The position numbers were made by a program, and so were the translations under genes. A stretch of DNA of 63,909 bases, filler included, from Trichomonas gallinae (lineage: Eukaryota), in assembly GCA_008369845.1 (NCBI GenBank). It is 8 parts of 8 records of this genome, joined end to end, with 100 filler letters (N's around TTAATTAATTAA, not from the genome) between each part and the next. Parts side by side here need not be neighbours in the genome. Positions count along the whole stretch, not along the records: positions 8,926 to 22,966 come from MRSU01000912.1; positions 23,067 to 35,311 come from MRSU01000918.1; 6 more parts are not named here. One strand, 5' to 3'. Numbering within the stretch: the first letter of the stretch is position 1; each line of letters begins with the position of its first letter. Of the stretch, positions 21,172 to 33,398 are shown in pieces. The notes beneath the pieces are model-generated. The model was not told where the DNA came from and searched no databases. It saw only the letters and a program-made list of their open reading frames with translations.

Positions 21172-22023
21172 ATGTCAACAGACATATCTTATCTTGACAA
21201 CTATTCACCATTCACAGATAGAGATCCAATGGACGAATTACCAGAAGTCAAAACAGCCAAACAGCCGCTTGTTTCTCCTACAACTATGCAAAAAGATGAT
21301 GAAATCACACAAGAAATGCTAGATCAAATGGAGCAGCGTCTTAACATCATGGAAGAGGATTTGAATCACCAAGAACAGAGAAATGGAAACACCCCTGGGT
21401 TCCTTTATGAGCCAGAAGCTAATTGGCCAAGATTTTACCCTCTAGTTCACTTTGATATCAACGAAGTCGATGCATCGTATCGTTCTTACGTTACAGAAGC
21501 ATTTTTTGCATGGATTTGCATGGCTATCTCATTCTTCCTTAATTTCATTGCATGTCTTTGTTTGCTTAACACTGGCGACGCAACAGATTCACCAGGCACA
21601 AAGATTACGCTTTCAGCATTGTATTTCTTTTTCTTCTGCCCAATTGCGCTCGATCTGGACGCACTTACTGTCTACCGCGCTCTGAAAACAGCTCCATCTA
21701 CACTCGCATTCACAAAAATCTTCATATGCTTAGCCGCTACAATCATATTCGAATTTATTCTCTTCTTAGGCATGGAAACTTCCGGTTCTGTTGGTTTAAT
21801 TACAACAATTGATTTGTTCTCGCATAAATGCCCAGGAACAGGTGTATTTGGCATCATTGTTACAATATGCTTCGGAATAACTGTTTTCTTAACATCTAAA
21901 TTATTAATTAAATTGTGGAACTTCTTCCGCGGAACAGAAGAAGGCGGACACATGGATCAGAACATCAAGCTCACAGTTGCTCAGTTTGTTGTAGATACTC
22001 TCAAAGGCACCGAGCAAAATTAA
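21172..22023 (+). CDS. SCAMP (secretory carrier membrane protein) family
   Basis: TCACT Inr at 21151; EANWPRFYPLVHFDI motif followed by four hydrophobic segments. Confidence 0.85.
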   Translation: MSTDISYLDNYSPFTDRDPMDELPEVKTAKQPLVSPTTMQKDDEITQEMLDQMEQRLNIMEEDLNHQEQRNGNTPGFLYEPEANWPRFYPLVHFDINEVDASYRSYVTEAFFAWICMAISFFLNFIACLCLLNTGDATDSPGTKITLSALYFFFFCPIALDLDALTVYRALKTAPSTLAFTKIFICLAATIIFEFILFLGMETSGSVGLITTIDLFSHKCPGTGVFGIIVTICFGITVFLTSKLLIKLWNFFRGTEEGGHMDQNIKLTVAQFVVDTLKGTEQN

Positions 22024-22344
22024 TCTTTTTTCAATCATTTTCTGTAATTAGATAAATATTTTTTGTGTTTCTCTTTAAACAACGCCTTGTTTTTCTCAAT
22101 ATCAACAATAACAATTCAAATTATGAAAAAATATCTTTGATCAAAATTATTTTCATTATTTGCGAATTTCATTTATATGATTTAGTTCAAAGGTGTCTCA
22201 ATGGAATGCTTCCGATAATATAATAACTAAAAATTAGGAAACATTGAAAAATTTCTCATAATTCAAAGATTTTCTATAATAATTGTTATGAGAATATACG
22301 GATACTTTCAGATATAAAGTATATTAATGCGTATTGGTTAGAAT

Positions 22345-22810
22345 TTGTTGCAACAAAATAACAAGAACAACGAAGCTATGAAAGATGATTTGGGTTTTAA
22401 TTTCTATAAAATCTATGACTTTTTCAACAAGATTGCAGATGAAAATGATGTAGGATCAATGTCTTTCGCTTTCAATAAGGAGTTGCACAAGTTAAAAAAT
22501 GAAAATAATATGGATATATTTTCTTACTCATTGGCAAAATCTAACTTCAATCCCATGTGTTTTATGATAGAATCAGGCGTTGATTACACACAATACTTAT
22601 TGTCCATGACTAACGAGTCAACAATCATTGATATAAAATATTTTTACAAAATCCCCCATTTTGATGTCAATGCAAAAGATAAAACATAAAAACAGCTTTG
22701 ATTTATGCTTCAAAATATGGTTATCATGAAGTTGTCAAACTCTTTCTCACAGTAACTGGAATATATGTCAACGCAAAATGATGTGAAAACAAAACAGTTT
22801 TTCTTTGGAC
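22345..22810 (+). pseudogene. Ankyrin repeat pseudogene
   Basis: FDVNAKDKT, then a stop/frameshift, then KTALIYASKYGYHEVVKLFLTVTGIYVNAK* in another frame. Confidence 0.75.
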
Positions 22811-22891
22811 TCCTTACAGTTCCTGGAATATAAGTCAACGGAACAGAGAATAACAACCCAGAACAAATTTTAAGAGTTTTTAAACATTTTT

Positions 22892-22966
22892 TTAAGGGGG
22901 TAGGTTTGAATAGTTTACATTTTTATACTTGTTTGCTTCCTAACGCCTCATAGTCGAGCATTAGCT
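22892..22966 (+). mobile_element. Terminus of a TTAA-flanked DNA transposon (Kolobok-like), running into a gap
   Basis: TTAA|GGGGGTAGGTTTGAATAGTTTACA; the same 24-mer with one mismatch occurs inverted next to another gap at 56999-57026. Confidence 0.65.
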
Positions 22967-23066
22967 NNNNNNNNNNNNNNNNNNNNNNNNNNNNNNNNNN
23001 NNNNNNNNNNTTAATTAATTAANNNNNNNNNNNNNNNNNNNNNNNNNNNNNNNNNNNNNNNNNNNN

Positions 23067-23146
23067 CACGGCGTCACTTTTCGCGAGCGAACCCCGAATC
23101 CAAAATCAGCGAATCCATCACTAAACGGCCAGTTCGCACATCCCTA
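23067..23146 (-). mobile_element. Possible hAT-like transposon end adjacent to a gap
   Basis: GC-rich block whose minus strand begins TAGGGATGTGCGAAC, with subterminal CGAA(T/C)CC repeats and an abrupt change to AT-rich DNA after 23146. Confidence 0.35.
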
Positions 23147-23689
23147 CTATGTATAAAATTGTGCTCGATTTTGAAATCGCTCTTTGAATTTAATTTGAAT
23201 AGGTCAAAATCAGGATTCATTTACTTATAGTTCAGTAATGGGTGTTATATCTGTTTATAGATGTATTATGGTGAAAATTTCATGTCAATTTAATGAAAAA
23301 ACAAAATTCAAAAAAATTATGATTTTCAAATTATTGGAGTTAATTTTTTCGGAGCACTATTATTAACATTACATCATTAATTATGTATCAAATCTTAATT
23401 GAGTAATATAATATAAGCAAATTTTTGATCATTAAAATGATTTCGATGAATCATAAGATTTGTTAGTTGATACTTGGTCATTACATGCATCTTCTCAATT
23501 ACCAAATATACAAGTATTGAACAGGAATAAAACATCATTTATAACCACAAAAATCTCACTCTTTATTTAAAATTTTTTTCTTAAATAATAAACAAGAAAA
23601 TAAATTGTTCTTTATATATAGTTAAGTGTTTTCTATCCATTAAAATGTCAATTTGCCATCATTGAATGCAATAGTATCAAAAATCATAA

Positions 23690-24289
23690 ATGCTGGCGCT
23701 GCTTGCAAACATTGCGCTGGTTTATAGGCCAGCGAGGTATGACATCGCTCCAAGGCACTGCATCAGACCGAATCCATTCACTAGATGTCTCAAGCACGAA
23801 ACAGACATCAAAAACATTTTATCAAGATACAGGCAGCTCAGGCCTCTCAAGTTACATCGAAATAAGTTCGTCGAACTAGAAGATAACATTTACAATTCAT
23901 TTTCCGATTTACAAAAATTACCAAGACTCAAATTTGGCCGATACTCAAAAATTTACAAGATTCCAATGGTAAAACAGGCAACTGCACACATTAAGCCAGT
24001 ACCCTGGCCTCAAGAAACATTTTCCTGTTCTAAAAATAGCTTAAAAGAAAACCCCTCGATTAAATATGAGAGTGACAGTAGCTTCTGGAAAAAAATTATT
24101 GAAGATTTGCTGCGAGGAAGAGTAGATCCATATTTGACAAAGAGCGATCTCGTGAAATTGGCGAGTTTGGCAGGAAGCGCACCATATATAGGAGAGACTA
24201 AGGACCATATTTGGGATGAGATTATACCAAGTATCATGGAACATCCGAGACAATCTGCAACTTTTAGACCTAGTAATTGGCCATTGTAA
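23690..24289 (+). CDS. Hypothetical protein with a short hydrophobic N-terminus
   Basis: 199-aa ATG ORF starting MLALLANIALVY; TCATA just upstream. Confidence 0.65.
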   Translation: MLALLANIALVYRPARYDIAPRHCIRPNPFTRCLKHETDIKNILSRYRQLRPLKLHRNKFVELEDNIYNSFSDLQKLPRLKFGRYSKIYKIPMVKQATAHIKPVPWPQETFSCSKNSLKENPSIKYESDSSFWKKIIEDLLRGRVDPYLTKSDLVKLASLAGSAPYIGETKDHIWDEIIPSIMEHPRQSATFRPSNWPL

Positions 24290-25359
24290 CAAAAATATAA
24301 AGTAAGTATTTTTTAATTCATAAAATGAATTATCGCAATTTAATTGCAATTTGTTATTTTGAGAATTTGTTGCTATATTTTCGATACAGGCTGCTGGTTA
24401 AGCGTGTTTTCAGTGTTTTTTTTTTCCAAAATACAACAGTCGTGTCAATTTGCCAGTCATTTTTAATTCAAAAATAAATTTGGAAGCGATCTGTCAGTAT
24501 TTATAAATGCTTGCCTTGCTGAGTGTTCTCTCATCAATAGTTTAATGATTATCTTATAGAAGCACCGTATGACGATACGATAAATACATTGATTATGCTG
24601 TTGTCATCGTTTACAACGGTTGAAATTGATAGAAATTGGTTGATTGAATTAAAACATCGAATGCTTTCATCTTAAATCAACCTAATAAAATTCACTTCAG
24701 TTATATTTTAATACCACAATTGTTGGAAGCAATTGTGGTTGATATGAAATGCAAATTAATTAGAAAATTTAAATTGATGCCATTTGATGGAGAAAGAGTT
24801 TTTCAAACAGGCTTTTTAGCTCATTGTTATCTTATAATTACCTTTAAATCATCTTAGATCTTCAATTTGTTGATTTGGAAACATTTAGTAAAGAAATTGT
24901 TAGTTTTGTTGAATAAAATAAGAATTTATAAGGATATAGGATTTATCGGAAGATTATCATAAATACTGGCAAATGACAGTCAAATTTGACTTTGCATTCT
25001 GGCAAAACGGATCAACTTAATTAGTATATATATTATAACCATTCAAATAAACTAATTCATGAATTTTCAAAAAAAAAATCACTTTTGATTCGAATCCGAT
25101 TTTTTGTTATCGGCATAAAGCAAAACACTAAAATTTAAAATCACTTTTGATCAACTCACCATTTTTTAAATTTCGTAAAAAATCAAATTGAAATCTGAAT
25201 TGAAAAACAATAAAATATGAATATATATGTGATATTGTTTTATATTTGATAAAAATTTTTCGTTTTGATTTTTTGTTTTGTATTTCATATATATCCATGC
25301 TCAGATAGATGCAAAAAGTCTAAAGTTTTGGTTTTTCGACCATTTTTCGTTGTTTTCGC

Positions 25360-28300
25360 ATGTCTTCAATTTCGCAAAATCAAGAGATTTCTGCGAAAAT
25401 GCAGCTTACTGAGTTGCAGTCGCTGTACGTCTACTACTTTTCGAACATGAACATGACGAAAAATCTTATAAATAAAGATAATACTTTATTCAAATTCGCT
25501 TCTGCTTTCAATTTCGAACCAATTCCCCGGGAGACAATTATCAGGACCCTAACAAATAATAAGACGAACTCAGAAATACTCATTGCCGAAATGTTTAATC
25601 TTCATGCTAAGATAAACATCAATTATTTCCATGCCGCTCAGTACGAAATAGAGGAAAATCCCAAAGATAGGACAACAGAGACGAAATTTCTCGTTTTTGA
25701 CTTGATGAGATGCTTAATTGCTTTCGAATATCAGTTTAGACCAGAATACATCGCAACAAGTGCATCAATTCAAGCTTGTTGGACGAAGTTTCCCTATGTT
25801 ATCAAGCTTGCTGTCGACTTTCCGCCTGAAAATTTCAATGATTTTCTTTTTATCATGAAATTGATTGTTGGTAAGATAAATGCCGCGTTTGACAGCATTG
25901 TTGACCTCGATGAGTCAATAATTATTATATATAGTTCCTTCATCAGCTCTCTAATTCAAATTGCATCGAAATCGTTAAAAGAGTCGAAATTTTTCGGAAA
26001 TATATACGAAATATTATCGAACCACTTCAAAGAAGCTACAAAAGACGTGAAATTTTTCAATATCTCGTTAAAAATCATTGCAGAATTTTTATTATGCAAA
26101 AACTGCCTTCCGAACCATATAACACTCGTTGGCAACTCAATAAGCAACAGTTTGACAGTTTGTGAAAATATTTTGATCAACTTGAAAGGAAATAAAGGAG
26201 AAGAATGTTTTTCTATTTTCTGCTTAGTAATGGATGCAATAAGGATAATTTTGGTCAGTTTTCCTGAATACTATGAACTGCTTGAAGGCTGGTTTTCGAT
26301 TATCTTCGAGATTTGCACAAATTATTTTTATGATTTCAACTCTTCAATTAAAAGGCCACAAAAAAGAGAAAGGAAACAGGAAAATATTGCTACAGAAAAT
26401 ATTTGGTTTACTCCAAGTGGAACAATCTCAGAGTTTGTCCCATTAAATATCGAAATTAAGCGAATTAATACAGAACCACATGTTCAGCTTTTAATCAATT
26501 CTCTCTCATCAATTGTCATTTCATTGGAATCAGTATTCAACATATTTATGAACTACATGACAAAATTATTAGAAGTTTCTGATGCTCCACTCGAAAGATG
26601 TTTTCTCGCTCAAATTCTTCAAATGGGTCCATGCTACAGCATTGTTATAGCAAGGAGAAACTTCTTAGACGCTTTAATGAAGCCAAATCTTTTCGATTCA
26701 CAAATTTTTGAAGATTTTGATTCAATTGAGTACTACGCTTTCACTGAACTGTTGTCATTTATCAATTTTATGATCAAGAATCCACCTCAAAACATAACTA
26801 CAATTTTATGCGATTATCTTGCTGGAATTTTCTTAGTTTCTGATCCAATTACCTATCGCTACTTCGCCTCCTACATCTTGACAATCTTCGAAAACAAGAG
26901 CAACCTCAAATATCTCACTGCTCCAATATTATACGATTCTTTATTCCAAGTTGACGCAAAATACAGAACATATATAATTAACAATCTTGATAACTCTGAA
27001 CATGAGATAGTTAACAATGTTGCTGAATATAAAATGGCCAGAGCTACACTAATTCAGTTGCTCAAAATTTGCTTGAAACAGAGTTTTTCGAATACATTGT
27101 TTTTCTGCAATCACCAGAGATCTTTCTACTTTTTGGATCTGATTTTCGAGCAAGACACTAAGAATTTCGCAATTGAAGCAATTTCATCTTCATTATCTGT
27201 TTCAAAGGCTCCCTTTTCATTGTTGAACTCGATTTCTGAGTGGTTTTTGTCTAACAAAGAGAGATTCGATGATAGCAGAATCATTGACGTAATAATTACA
27301 TTATTACAACAAATTTCGTTATGTAGCATGCAAAACACAGAGAACATAAGGACAGGAATCTGCCAAAGCAACTTGGATCAAAAAGTTTGTTCTTTGTTGG
27401 CTTTTATACAAGATTCAAAGATTTGCACAAAATTATTCATTGCAACAACGGAATTTCTCAAAAGTCTCTGCGATCACTCGTTTAAATATGTCTCAAGGAT
27501 GTCATCTGAAGGCTATTTCAACCACTTTATCGCTAACAAGTCCAAAATAGTTTTGGATGATAATGTTTTGAATGCTTTATTCTCTTTTATGTGTTGCCAT
27601 ATTATAGAGTACAACAAAAACATTGAAGACGAACAAATTGTGATTGCTCCACTCATCTCTGTGATATTCAAATTCACATTAGGCACGGAATACTATAATA
27701 GAGTCATTTCTGCCATGCACTACCTATCAAAAGTCTCTGTAGGCAACCAATATCAATTTTTCAAGTCAAACATTATTATCGAAATGATTTCTTATCTACA
27801 GTACAACTATTCTGATGACATGATCGAAACTCCCATCTTAAGCCACATTTCCACATCTTTCTTCCACAAAAAAGAGCTCAGAGAATTATTAAAAGATATG
27901 GTTAAGCCACCAATGCGTGCTTCACAGTTTTTCGTGACATTAATCAACCTAATTTTGTACCAGCAGACTAAATCCGACAGATCCCCTTCTTTCTTCCATG
28001 TTACAGGTCAATATCGAGGATTTGAGAAATTTTTTGACGCAGTTGAGTTTCCTTTCTCAGCCTTTATATCAGTTAGATTTTTGAAGAGTGAAGGACTGAT
28101 TCTGGCGCTTTTCTCGCAAACAGATTGTTTCAAAGTTTCTTACAAAGACAAAAAACTGATATTTGTCTGCTTTGGAGATGTCCAGGAAGTGAATTTCGAG
28201 ATAAAGCCGTCTATTTTGTACAACATCGGCTTCAAGATGACAGCGAAAACAATAATTTTTGAAATGAACAGAGTCGTTTTATTCGATTACGACATGGTGA

Positions 28301-31300
28301 AGCCCATGCAAGGAAGAGTCACGTGCAATGTCGGCGGAATCTACTGTGATATCGAACAAATCGTCTTCGAGAATGGAAATAATTCTTCAAAATACACAGC
28401 AACACTAACAAAAGACTACTTCTGCACAGATTTGAACAGTGGAAAAGTCGATGCCGTCTTCAAAGGCTTAATAATCCCATTCACGCCAACATTATCTAGC
28501 ACACTAATAAACTGCGGAGGTCCTACATTGATAATTCCTATATTTGAGGCCACGCCTTTTGCTCCTGAGCCAAATTCCTTCCTTTTGGCATGTTTGGACT
28601 TGATTTTGCAGATGTCGAATCGCTTGCAGTCGTTTTTTATCCACCAGAAGATGTTCAGGTCATTAAATGCTGTCTTCAGGAAGCTGAATCCCAAGTATTT
28701 CTCAATTAGTGTCGTCACGAAAATTTTGGCTTTGGGTTCTTCATTCACTAATCCTAAAATCAAGAACGAAATCGAGTCGTTTATCTGCGGAGACCCTAGC
28801 TTGTTCTTCCACTTGGCAGAAGGTGCCCAGCGCCAGCATCTGCACACAGAAAGTCCGTACAGCGAGTTATTCGTCGTCGCGAATCACATTGCGAAAAACT
28901 TCGAAATTCCAAACTTTGAGGAAAAATTCAACAGTTTAGTTGACATTTTCTCAAATGATCCTTTCACTTTTAACGACGCATCCACTTTAATTTTAGTTCT
29001 TAATGAGGTGGAAAACTTGAAATTGGCCGAATTGTTGTTGAAATTCATCAAAAACAAAATCGAAAGTAACGAAATATTATTGACTGTTTTGTCTCATTAT
29101 CACTTTTACATGCCTTTCGTAAGGTTCTTCCAATATGAGACTTTAGAAGTATTAAGTCTAGATTGCATAACTAAAATCGAAAGGAAGACAACTAAATCAG
29201 AAAACATTGAATTATTGAGCGCGATGCAATCAATCGTAAGAATCATTGCTAAACCGATAGAAACAATGTTTGATATCATCATTTCAAGAATCAGTGAAGA
29301 GAAGCCTTGCTATTCATATCTGCCTTTGATATGCAAACTCATCGAACATGTTGACAGAAACAAGCAAAAGGCGGCTTTATATATCATAAGAATCGGTTAT
29401 GAAAAGTTCGAAAAACCGTTCACGGGATGGATCACTTACATGTTGTTCCTTGCGCAACTGGATGATGTTGACTCATACTTATGGATGCCTATATTAGCAA
29501 GAATCATCGCTAACAACATGAAATTGCTAAGCACACTTTTGCTGCTATTCGACATAACAGTGAAAATTGGCGGACTTGATTACGACAAATGTTTCGATTC
29601 ACTGACAAGAGAACTCTCAAAGAGCACGATTTCTTATCACGTTGCAGACAAAGACAGTTTGATCTGCTTAATGAGGTGGGTGATCTTTAAGTTAAACATT
29701 AACTTAGAAGGAGAGCCACACATTTTCACATCGTTCGAAGAATTCATCGGAACAATCAAAAACCTCAAAATATCTTATGATGACATCGACATTTTCGAAG
29801 TTGACCAAAGGAAAAGATCTACTTTTGTCATAGCACTATTAAAAGCCTGTGCTTATGGTGGTGGGCTGACATTTAACAACATTGAGTTAAGAACTTTGTT
29901 CATTTCTCTTTTCATTTCCATCAAAAACTTGAACCATAACTTGGCGATTGATGTTTCCGAGTATTTGACATACGTAGCATCAAACTCTTCGAACCATGAA
30001 AACTTCAGAATCCCGGCTTTGATAATCAACGAAATTTCAGGCGAATTAAATGAAAAATACGAAAAAATGAACGAAATGCTCTACAAAATGATGAAAGACG
30101 GCCCACGGCCAGATATAAGCCACGACAAACAACATGTTATACAATTAAATGACGAAACATATCACAGAAACATCACAGCGATCAACAAAATGCTCGAAAT
30201 GTCTGTGAAAACAGATTTACAACTACAAGAAGAAATGGAAATCTCTAATTTAGCAGGCAAGCCTATTTCTCATATAATTGACAAGATAAGAAGCATAATC
30301 AAGAGAAAACATGCAGAAGCAGACTTCGCCTTATCTAAAAACAACGCAACAGTCAAAGGTGGAACCATTTCTTTGTTCAGGGAAGGAGAAGACATGCATT
30401 ACTCATTATCTGACACAATAGATTCGTTCGGAAGACACGCGAGAATGAAGCCAATAAAGAACTTCAATGACCACTCCAATGCTGTCTATCAGGGCCAGCA
30501 TATTGACACCGTTGAGAGAAAGTTTATTCCTTTAGACAAAGAAATCCTCGAAGAAAAACTCGCTGAAACAGGCGAATCTTTCCAGTGTTCGAGAGTTACT
30601 CCTAAATATGTGCACACAGGAACTGTTTTCGTCCTCAAGAAATCAATTATTTTCGAAGGAAAAACAGTCACAGAAATTTTGGCTCAAGTATCATACGAAA
30701 ATCCGAAATTCGTCGAAATATCATTGAGCGAAGTTACTCATGTTTTGTGGAGAAGGTACCAACTAATCGATACTGCTTTGGAAATGTTCACTAAAACAGG
30801 CCAAATTGTTTTCTTCGTCTTCCACGATTCTAAAAAGCGAATGGGATTCATCGAGGCGATTTCAAAAAGCGGTTTACCATCAGCTGTCGTCGTCCAAAGG
30901 AAAGAAAAGATTGACATCTCGAGATTAACCAAGCTATGGATAGAAAGAGTGATTTCAAATTACGAGTACATCTACTGGCTGAACATGTATGCGGGCAGAT
31001 CATTTTTAGATGTCTCCCAGTATCCAGTCTTCCCTTGGGTCATCAAAGACTACAAGTCTGACTCTCTCAATCTCGAAGACGAAAACATCTACAGAGATTT
31101 GTCTCAAATGATTGGAGCTTTGAATGAAACAAGACTTAAGAGACTTAAAGAGAATGTTGAAGATTCACCTGATGAATTCACGCCACTTTATTTAAGTCTA
31201 TTCTCAACTGCCGGATTTGTTGCTAATTTCATGATAAGAGTCGAACCATTTACAACAATGGCAATCGATCTGCAGGGTGGACACTTTGATAATCCAAACA

Positions 31301-32664
31301 GGATATTCTTTGATGTCGCAATGACTTGGGGACATGTCACATCTGAGCAGTCTGACTTCAGGGAACTTATTCCCGAGTTTTTCACTACTTCTGCGATCTT
31401 TGACAACAGAAACAACTACAATTTCGGTGTCAGCGATGATGGAATTGTCGTTAACGACGTGATTTTGCCTCCTTGGGCCAAAAACTCTTTCGAGTTCGTC
31501 AGAAAGAACAGATTGGCTTTAGAAAGTCCATATGTGTCTGAGCACATCAACGACTGGATCGATTTGTTCTTTGGCGTCAACAGATTCTCATTCAAACACA
31601 ACAATGTCTTTTGCACTTATTCTTATCCAGAATACATTGATGTCAAAGACGATTTGCTTGTCAAAAACGCGATGAATTTTGGAATAATGACGTCAAAAAT
31701 CTTCGATGAGCCCCATCCAAAGAGAAGTTCATCGAGTTTGTTCATGAAGTCTTTTTCATTGAGTGAAAATCTCAAACTAGAAATAGAGAAATCGAGCTTG
31801 AATGTCAGCTCTGCCATTGCTGTTGCTTTCGATTCGAATCTGATCTTCATTTTAGACAAACAAGGAAAACTTTCGACAACAAATGTTTTGAATTTTGACG
31901 ATGTTCATTATACAACGATTCCAAACTTTTACGGCGAAAAGACTGAATTCTGCAAGCACTGCTTCATAAACACTCCTGGACACTCTATTTTCTATGCTAC
32001 ACCATGGAGAACTGACTTCGAAATCTTCAATTTCATGACAAAACACAAAACAGAAAATTTCCAGAACACTTTCTTGATTCCTTGCATCAACGCTGACGGC
32101 GATTTCGCAGTTATCGGCTCAATAGACTCAACAGTCACATTAATACACAAAGATGTCGACGTCAAACACATTGTTGGTCACTCGAGTCCAATTGTTGACG
32201 CAGTTGTTTCTCAAAGATGTGGATATGTTGCGTCGATTGACTCGTCGAACACTTTGCTTCTGTCCAATCTCGATTGCACGCCTTTCGCGCAGACGAAAGT
32301 CACTGTTGGTACGCCACAGAAGGTCTTCATCTCTGAATTAGGCGCTGTTGTCGTCATAGGAAGCCTTCAGTCGTCAACTGTTTTGGAAGTTTATTCGGAA
32401 GAATGTTCTCTGATATGCAGGGAAGTTTTGCAGAACACTGCAGCTGTTGCCACCTGCATTGCTGAGACTCATGACTGCGGCAGTTTTGTGATACTGTGCG
32501 GAGGAAACAGGTTAGTGACAGTTTTTAGAGTTTTAGATTTGAAGAATCTGGCTTCTGTGTCGATGGACGCAAAAGTCTCATGCATTGATTTCTCGAAGCT
32601 ACAGAACAAAGCAATTATGCTATTAGAAAATGATGAAGTCATCTTTATGTCTTTATCATTATAA
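25360..32664 (+). CDS. Beige/BEACH-domain protein (PH-BEACH-WD40)
   Basis: ISNYEYIYWLNMYAGRSFLDVSQYPVFPWVI, LQGGHFDNPNRIF, RELIPEFF, LPPWA and ALESPYVSEHINDWIDLFFG motifs; WD-like C-terminus. Confidence 0.97.
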   Translation: MSSISQNQEISAKMQLTELQSLYVYYFSNMNMTKNLINKDNTLFKFASAFNFEPIPRETIIRTLTNNKTNSEILIAEMFNLHAKININYFHAAQYEIEENPKDRTTETKFLVFDLMRCLIAFEYQFRPEYIATSASIQACWTKFPYVIKLAVDFPPENFNDFLFIMKLIVGKINAAFDSIVDLDESIIIIYSSFISSLIQIASKSLKESKFFGNIYEILSNHFKEATKDVKFFNISLKIIAEFLLCKNCLPNHITLVGNSISNSLTVCENILINLKGNKGEECFSIFCLVMDAIRIILVSFPEYYELLEGWFSIIFEICTNYFYDFNSSIKRPQKRERKQENIATENIWFTPSGTISEFVPLNIEIKRINTEPHVQLLINSLSSIVISLESVFNIFMNYMTKLLEVSDAPLERCFLAQILQMGPCYSIVIARRNFLDALMKPNLFDSQIFEDFDSIEYYAFTELLSFINFMIKNPPQNITTILCDYLAGIFLVSDPITYRYFASYILTIFENKSNLKYLTAPILYDSLFQVDAKYRTYIINNLDNSEHEIVNNVAEYKMARATLIQLLKICLKQSFSNTLFFCNHQRSFYFLDLIFEQDTKNFAIEAISSSLSVSKAPFSLLNSISEWFLSNKERFDDSRIIDVIITLLQQISLCSMQNTENIRTGICQSNLDQKVCSLLAFIQDSKICTKLFIATTEFLKSLCDHSFKYVSRMSSEGYFNHFIANKSKIVLDDNVLNALFSFMCCHIIEYNKNIEDEQIVIAPLISVIFKFTLGTEYYNRVISAMHYLSKVSVGNQYQFFKSNIIIEMISYLQYNYSDDMIETPILSHISTSFFHKKELRELLKDMVKPPMRASQFFVTLINLILYQQTKSDRSPSFFHVTGQYRGFEKFFDAVEFPFSAFISVRFLKSEGLILALFSQTDCFKVSYKDKKLIFVCFGDVQEVNFEIKPSILYNIGFKMTAKTIIFEMNRVVLFDYDMVKPMQGRVTCNVGGIYCDIEQIVFENGNNSSKYTATLTKDYFCTDLNSGKVDAVFKGLIIPFTPTLSSTLINCGGPTLIIPIFEATPFAPEPNSFLLACLDLILQMSNRLQSFFIHQKMFRSLNAVFRKLNPKYFSISVVTKILALGSSFTNPKIKNEIESFICGDPSLFFHLAEGAQRQHLHTESPYSELFVVANHIAKNFEIPNFEEKFNSLVDIFSNDPFTFNDASTLILVLNEVENLKLAELLLKFIKNKIESNEILLTVLSHYHFYMPFVRFFQYETLEVLSLDCITKIERKTTKSENIELLSAMQSIVRIIAKPIETMFDIIISRISEEKPCYSYLPLICKLIEHVDRNKQKAALYIIRIGYEKFEKPFTGWITYMLFLAQLDDVDSYLWMPILARIIANNMKLLSTLLLLFDITVKIGGLDYDKCFDSLTRELSKSTISYHVADKDSLICLMRWVIFKLNINLEGEPHIFTSFEEFIGTIKNLKISYDDIDIFEVDQRKRSTFVIALLKACAYGGGLTFNNIELRTLFISLFISIKNLNHNLAIDVSEYLTYVASNSSNHENFRIPALIINEISGELNEKYEKMNEMLYKMMKDGPRPDISHDKQHVIQLNDETYHRNITAINKMLEMSVKTDLQLQEEMEISNLAGKPISHIIDKIRSIIKRKHAEADFALSKNNATVKGGTISLFREGEDMHYSLSDTIDSFGRHARMKPIKNFNDHSNAVYQGQHIDTVERKFIPLDKEILEEKLAETGESFQCSRVTPKYVHTGTVFVLKKSIIFEGKTVTEILAQVSYENPKFVEISLSEVTHVLWRRYQLIDTALEMFTKTGQIVFFVFHDSKKRMGFIEAISKSGLPSAVVVQRKEKIDISRLTKLWIERVISNYEYIYWLNMYAGRSFLDVSQYPVFPWVIKDYKSDSLNLEDENIYRDLSQMIGALNETRLKRLKENVEDSPDEFTPLYLSLFSTAGFVANFMIRVEPFTTMAIDLQGGHFDNPNRIFFDVAMTWGHVTSEQSDFRELIPEFFTTSAIFDNRNNYNFGVSDDGIVVNDVILPPWAKNSFEFVRKNRLALESPYVSEHINDWIDLFFGVNRFSFKHNNVFCTYSYPEYIDVKDDLLVKNAMNFGIMTSKIFDEPHPKRSSSSLFMKSFSLSENLKLEIEKSSLNVSSAIAVAFDSNLIFILDKQGKLSTTNVLNFDDVHYTTIPNFYGEKTEFCKHCFINTPGHSIFYATPWRTDFEIFNFMTKHKTENFQNTFLIPCINADGDFAVIGSIDSTVTLIHKDVDVKHIVGHSSPIVDAVVSQRCGYVASIDSSNTLLLSNLDCTPFAQTKVTVGTPQKVFISELGAVVVIGSLQSSTVLEVYSEECSLICREVLQNTAAVATCIAETHDCGSFVILCGGNRLVTVFRVLDLKNLASVSMDAKVSCIDFSKLQNKAIMLLENDEVIFMSLSL

Positions 32665-33398
32665 TATATTTTTATTTAGTATTTTTGTATAGTATAAATC
32701 ATCTCAATTTACTTAGTTATGTATACTATCATGCAGAAAATAACAATTTTTGAAAATTTATTTGGAAAATAAAAACCATGTATTTTGGATTAGGAAATGT
32801 ATTTAAACTATGTAATATATGCAAAAAATCATATGAAAATTATGTGAAATCTTTTTTGGAGACAAAAAAATATATTGCACAGAAAGAAAAATGAGTTTTG
32901 AGCATTTTTACATATGTAAACATATTGTTATGATCATTTATAGTATGATGTTATCAATAAAATTATGAAAAAATGTAACAAGTAAATTCTCGATTATTTA
33001 AATGCTAAGACCACAATTTAATTGAGCTTTCGTCTGTTAAATCTTATTAAATGTATAAATCCAAAGAATAATGCAAAAAATTACATTTGCGAAATTTTGA
33101 AAAAATGTAAAACATCGGATTCGATAGAATTTTCTTTTGCATTTATTTATTATATTAGATATAGAATCGATTTTTAATGTAAAATTCAAAATGTAATTAT
33201 CAAATGTGAAATGACTTCAAAAAGCTAAAAATATACAATATTATGATATGTAGAATATAAAAATGAATTTTTTGCTAATTTTTACAACAATAAAAAAATT
33301 TTAACGTAGATAGCATTTAAATATGCTATAGAATGCAAAAAACGCAAAATAAGGGAAAAATAAAAAATTATTCCGGAAGAAAAAAAAATTTAAAAAAG

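Noticed and set aside
24713..24739. 10-bp perfect hairpin accacaattg/caattgtggt
   Set aside because: Single isolated stem with no supporting copies; compatible with chance or a decayed coding remnant
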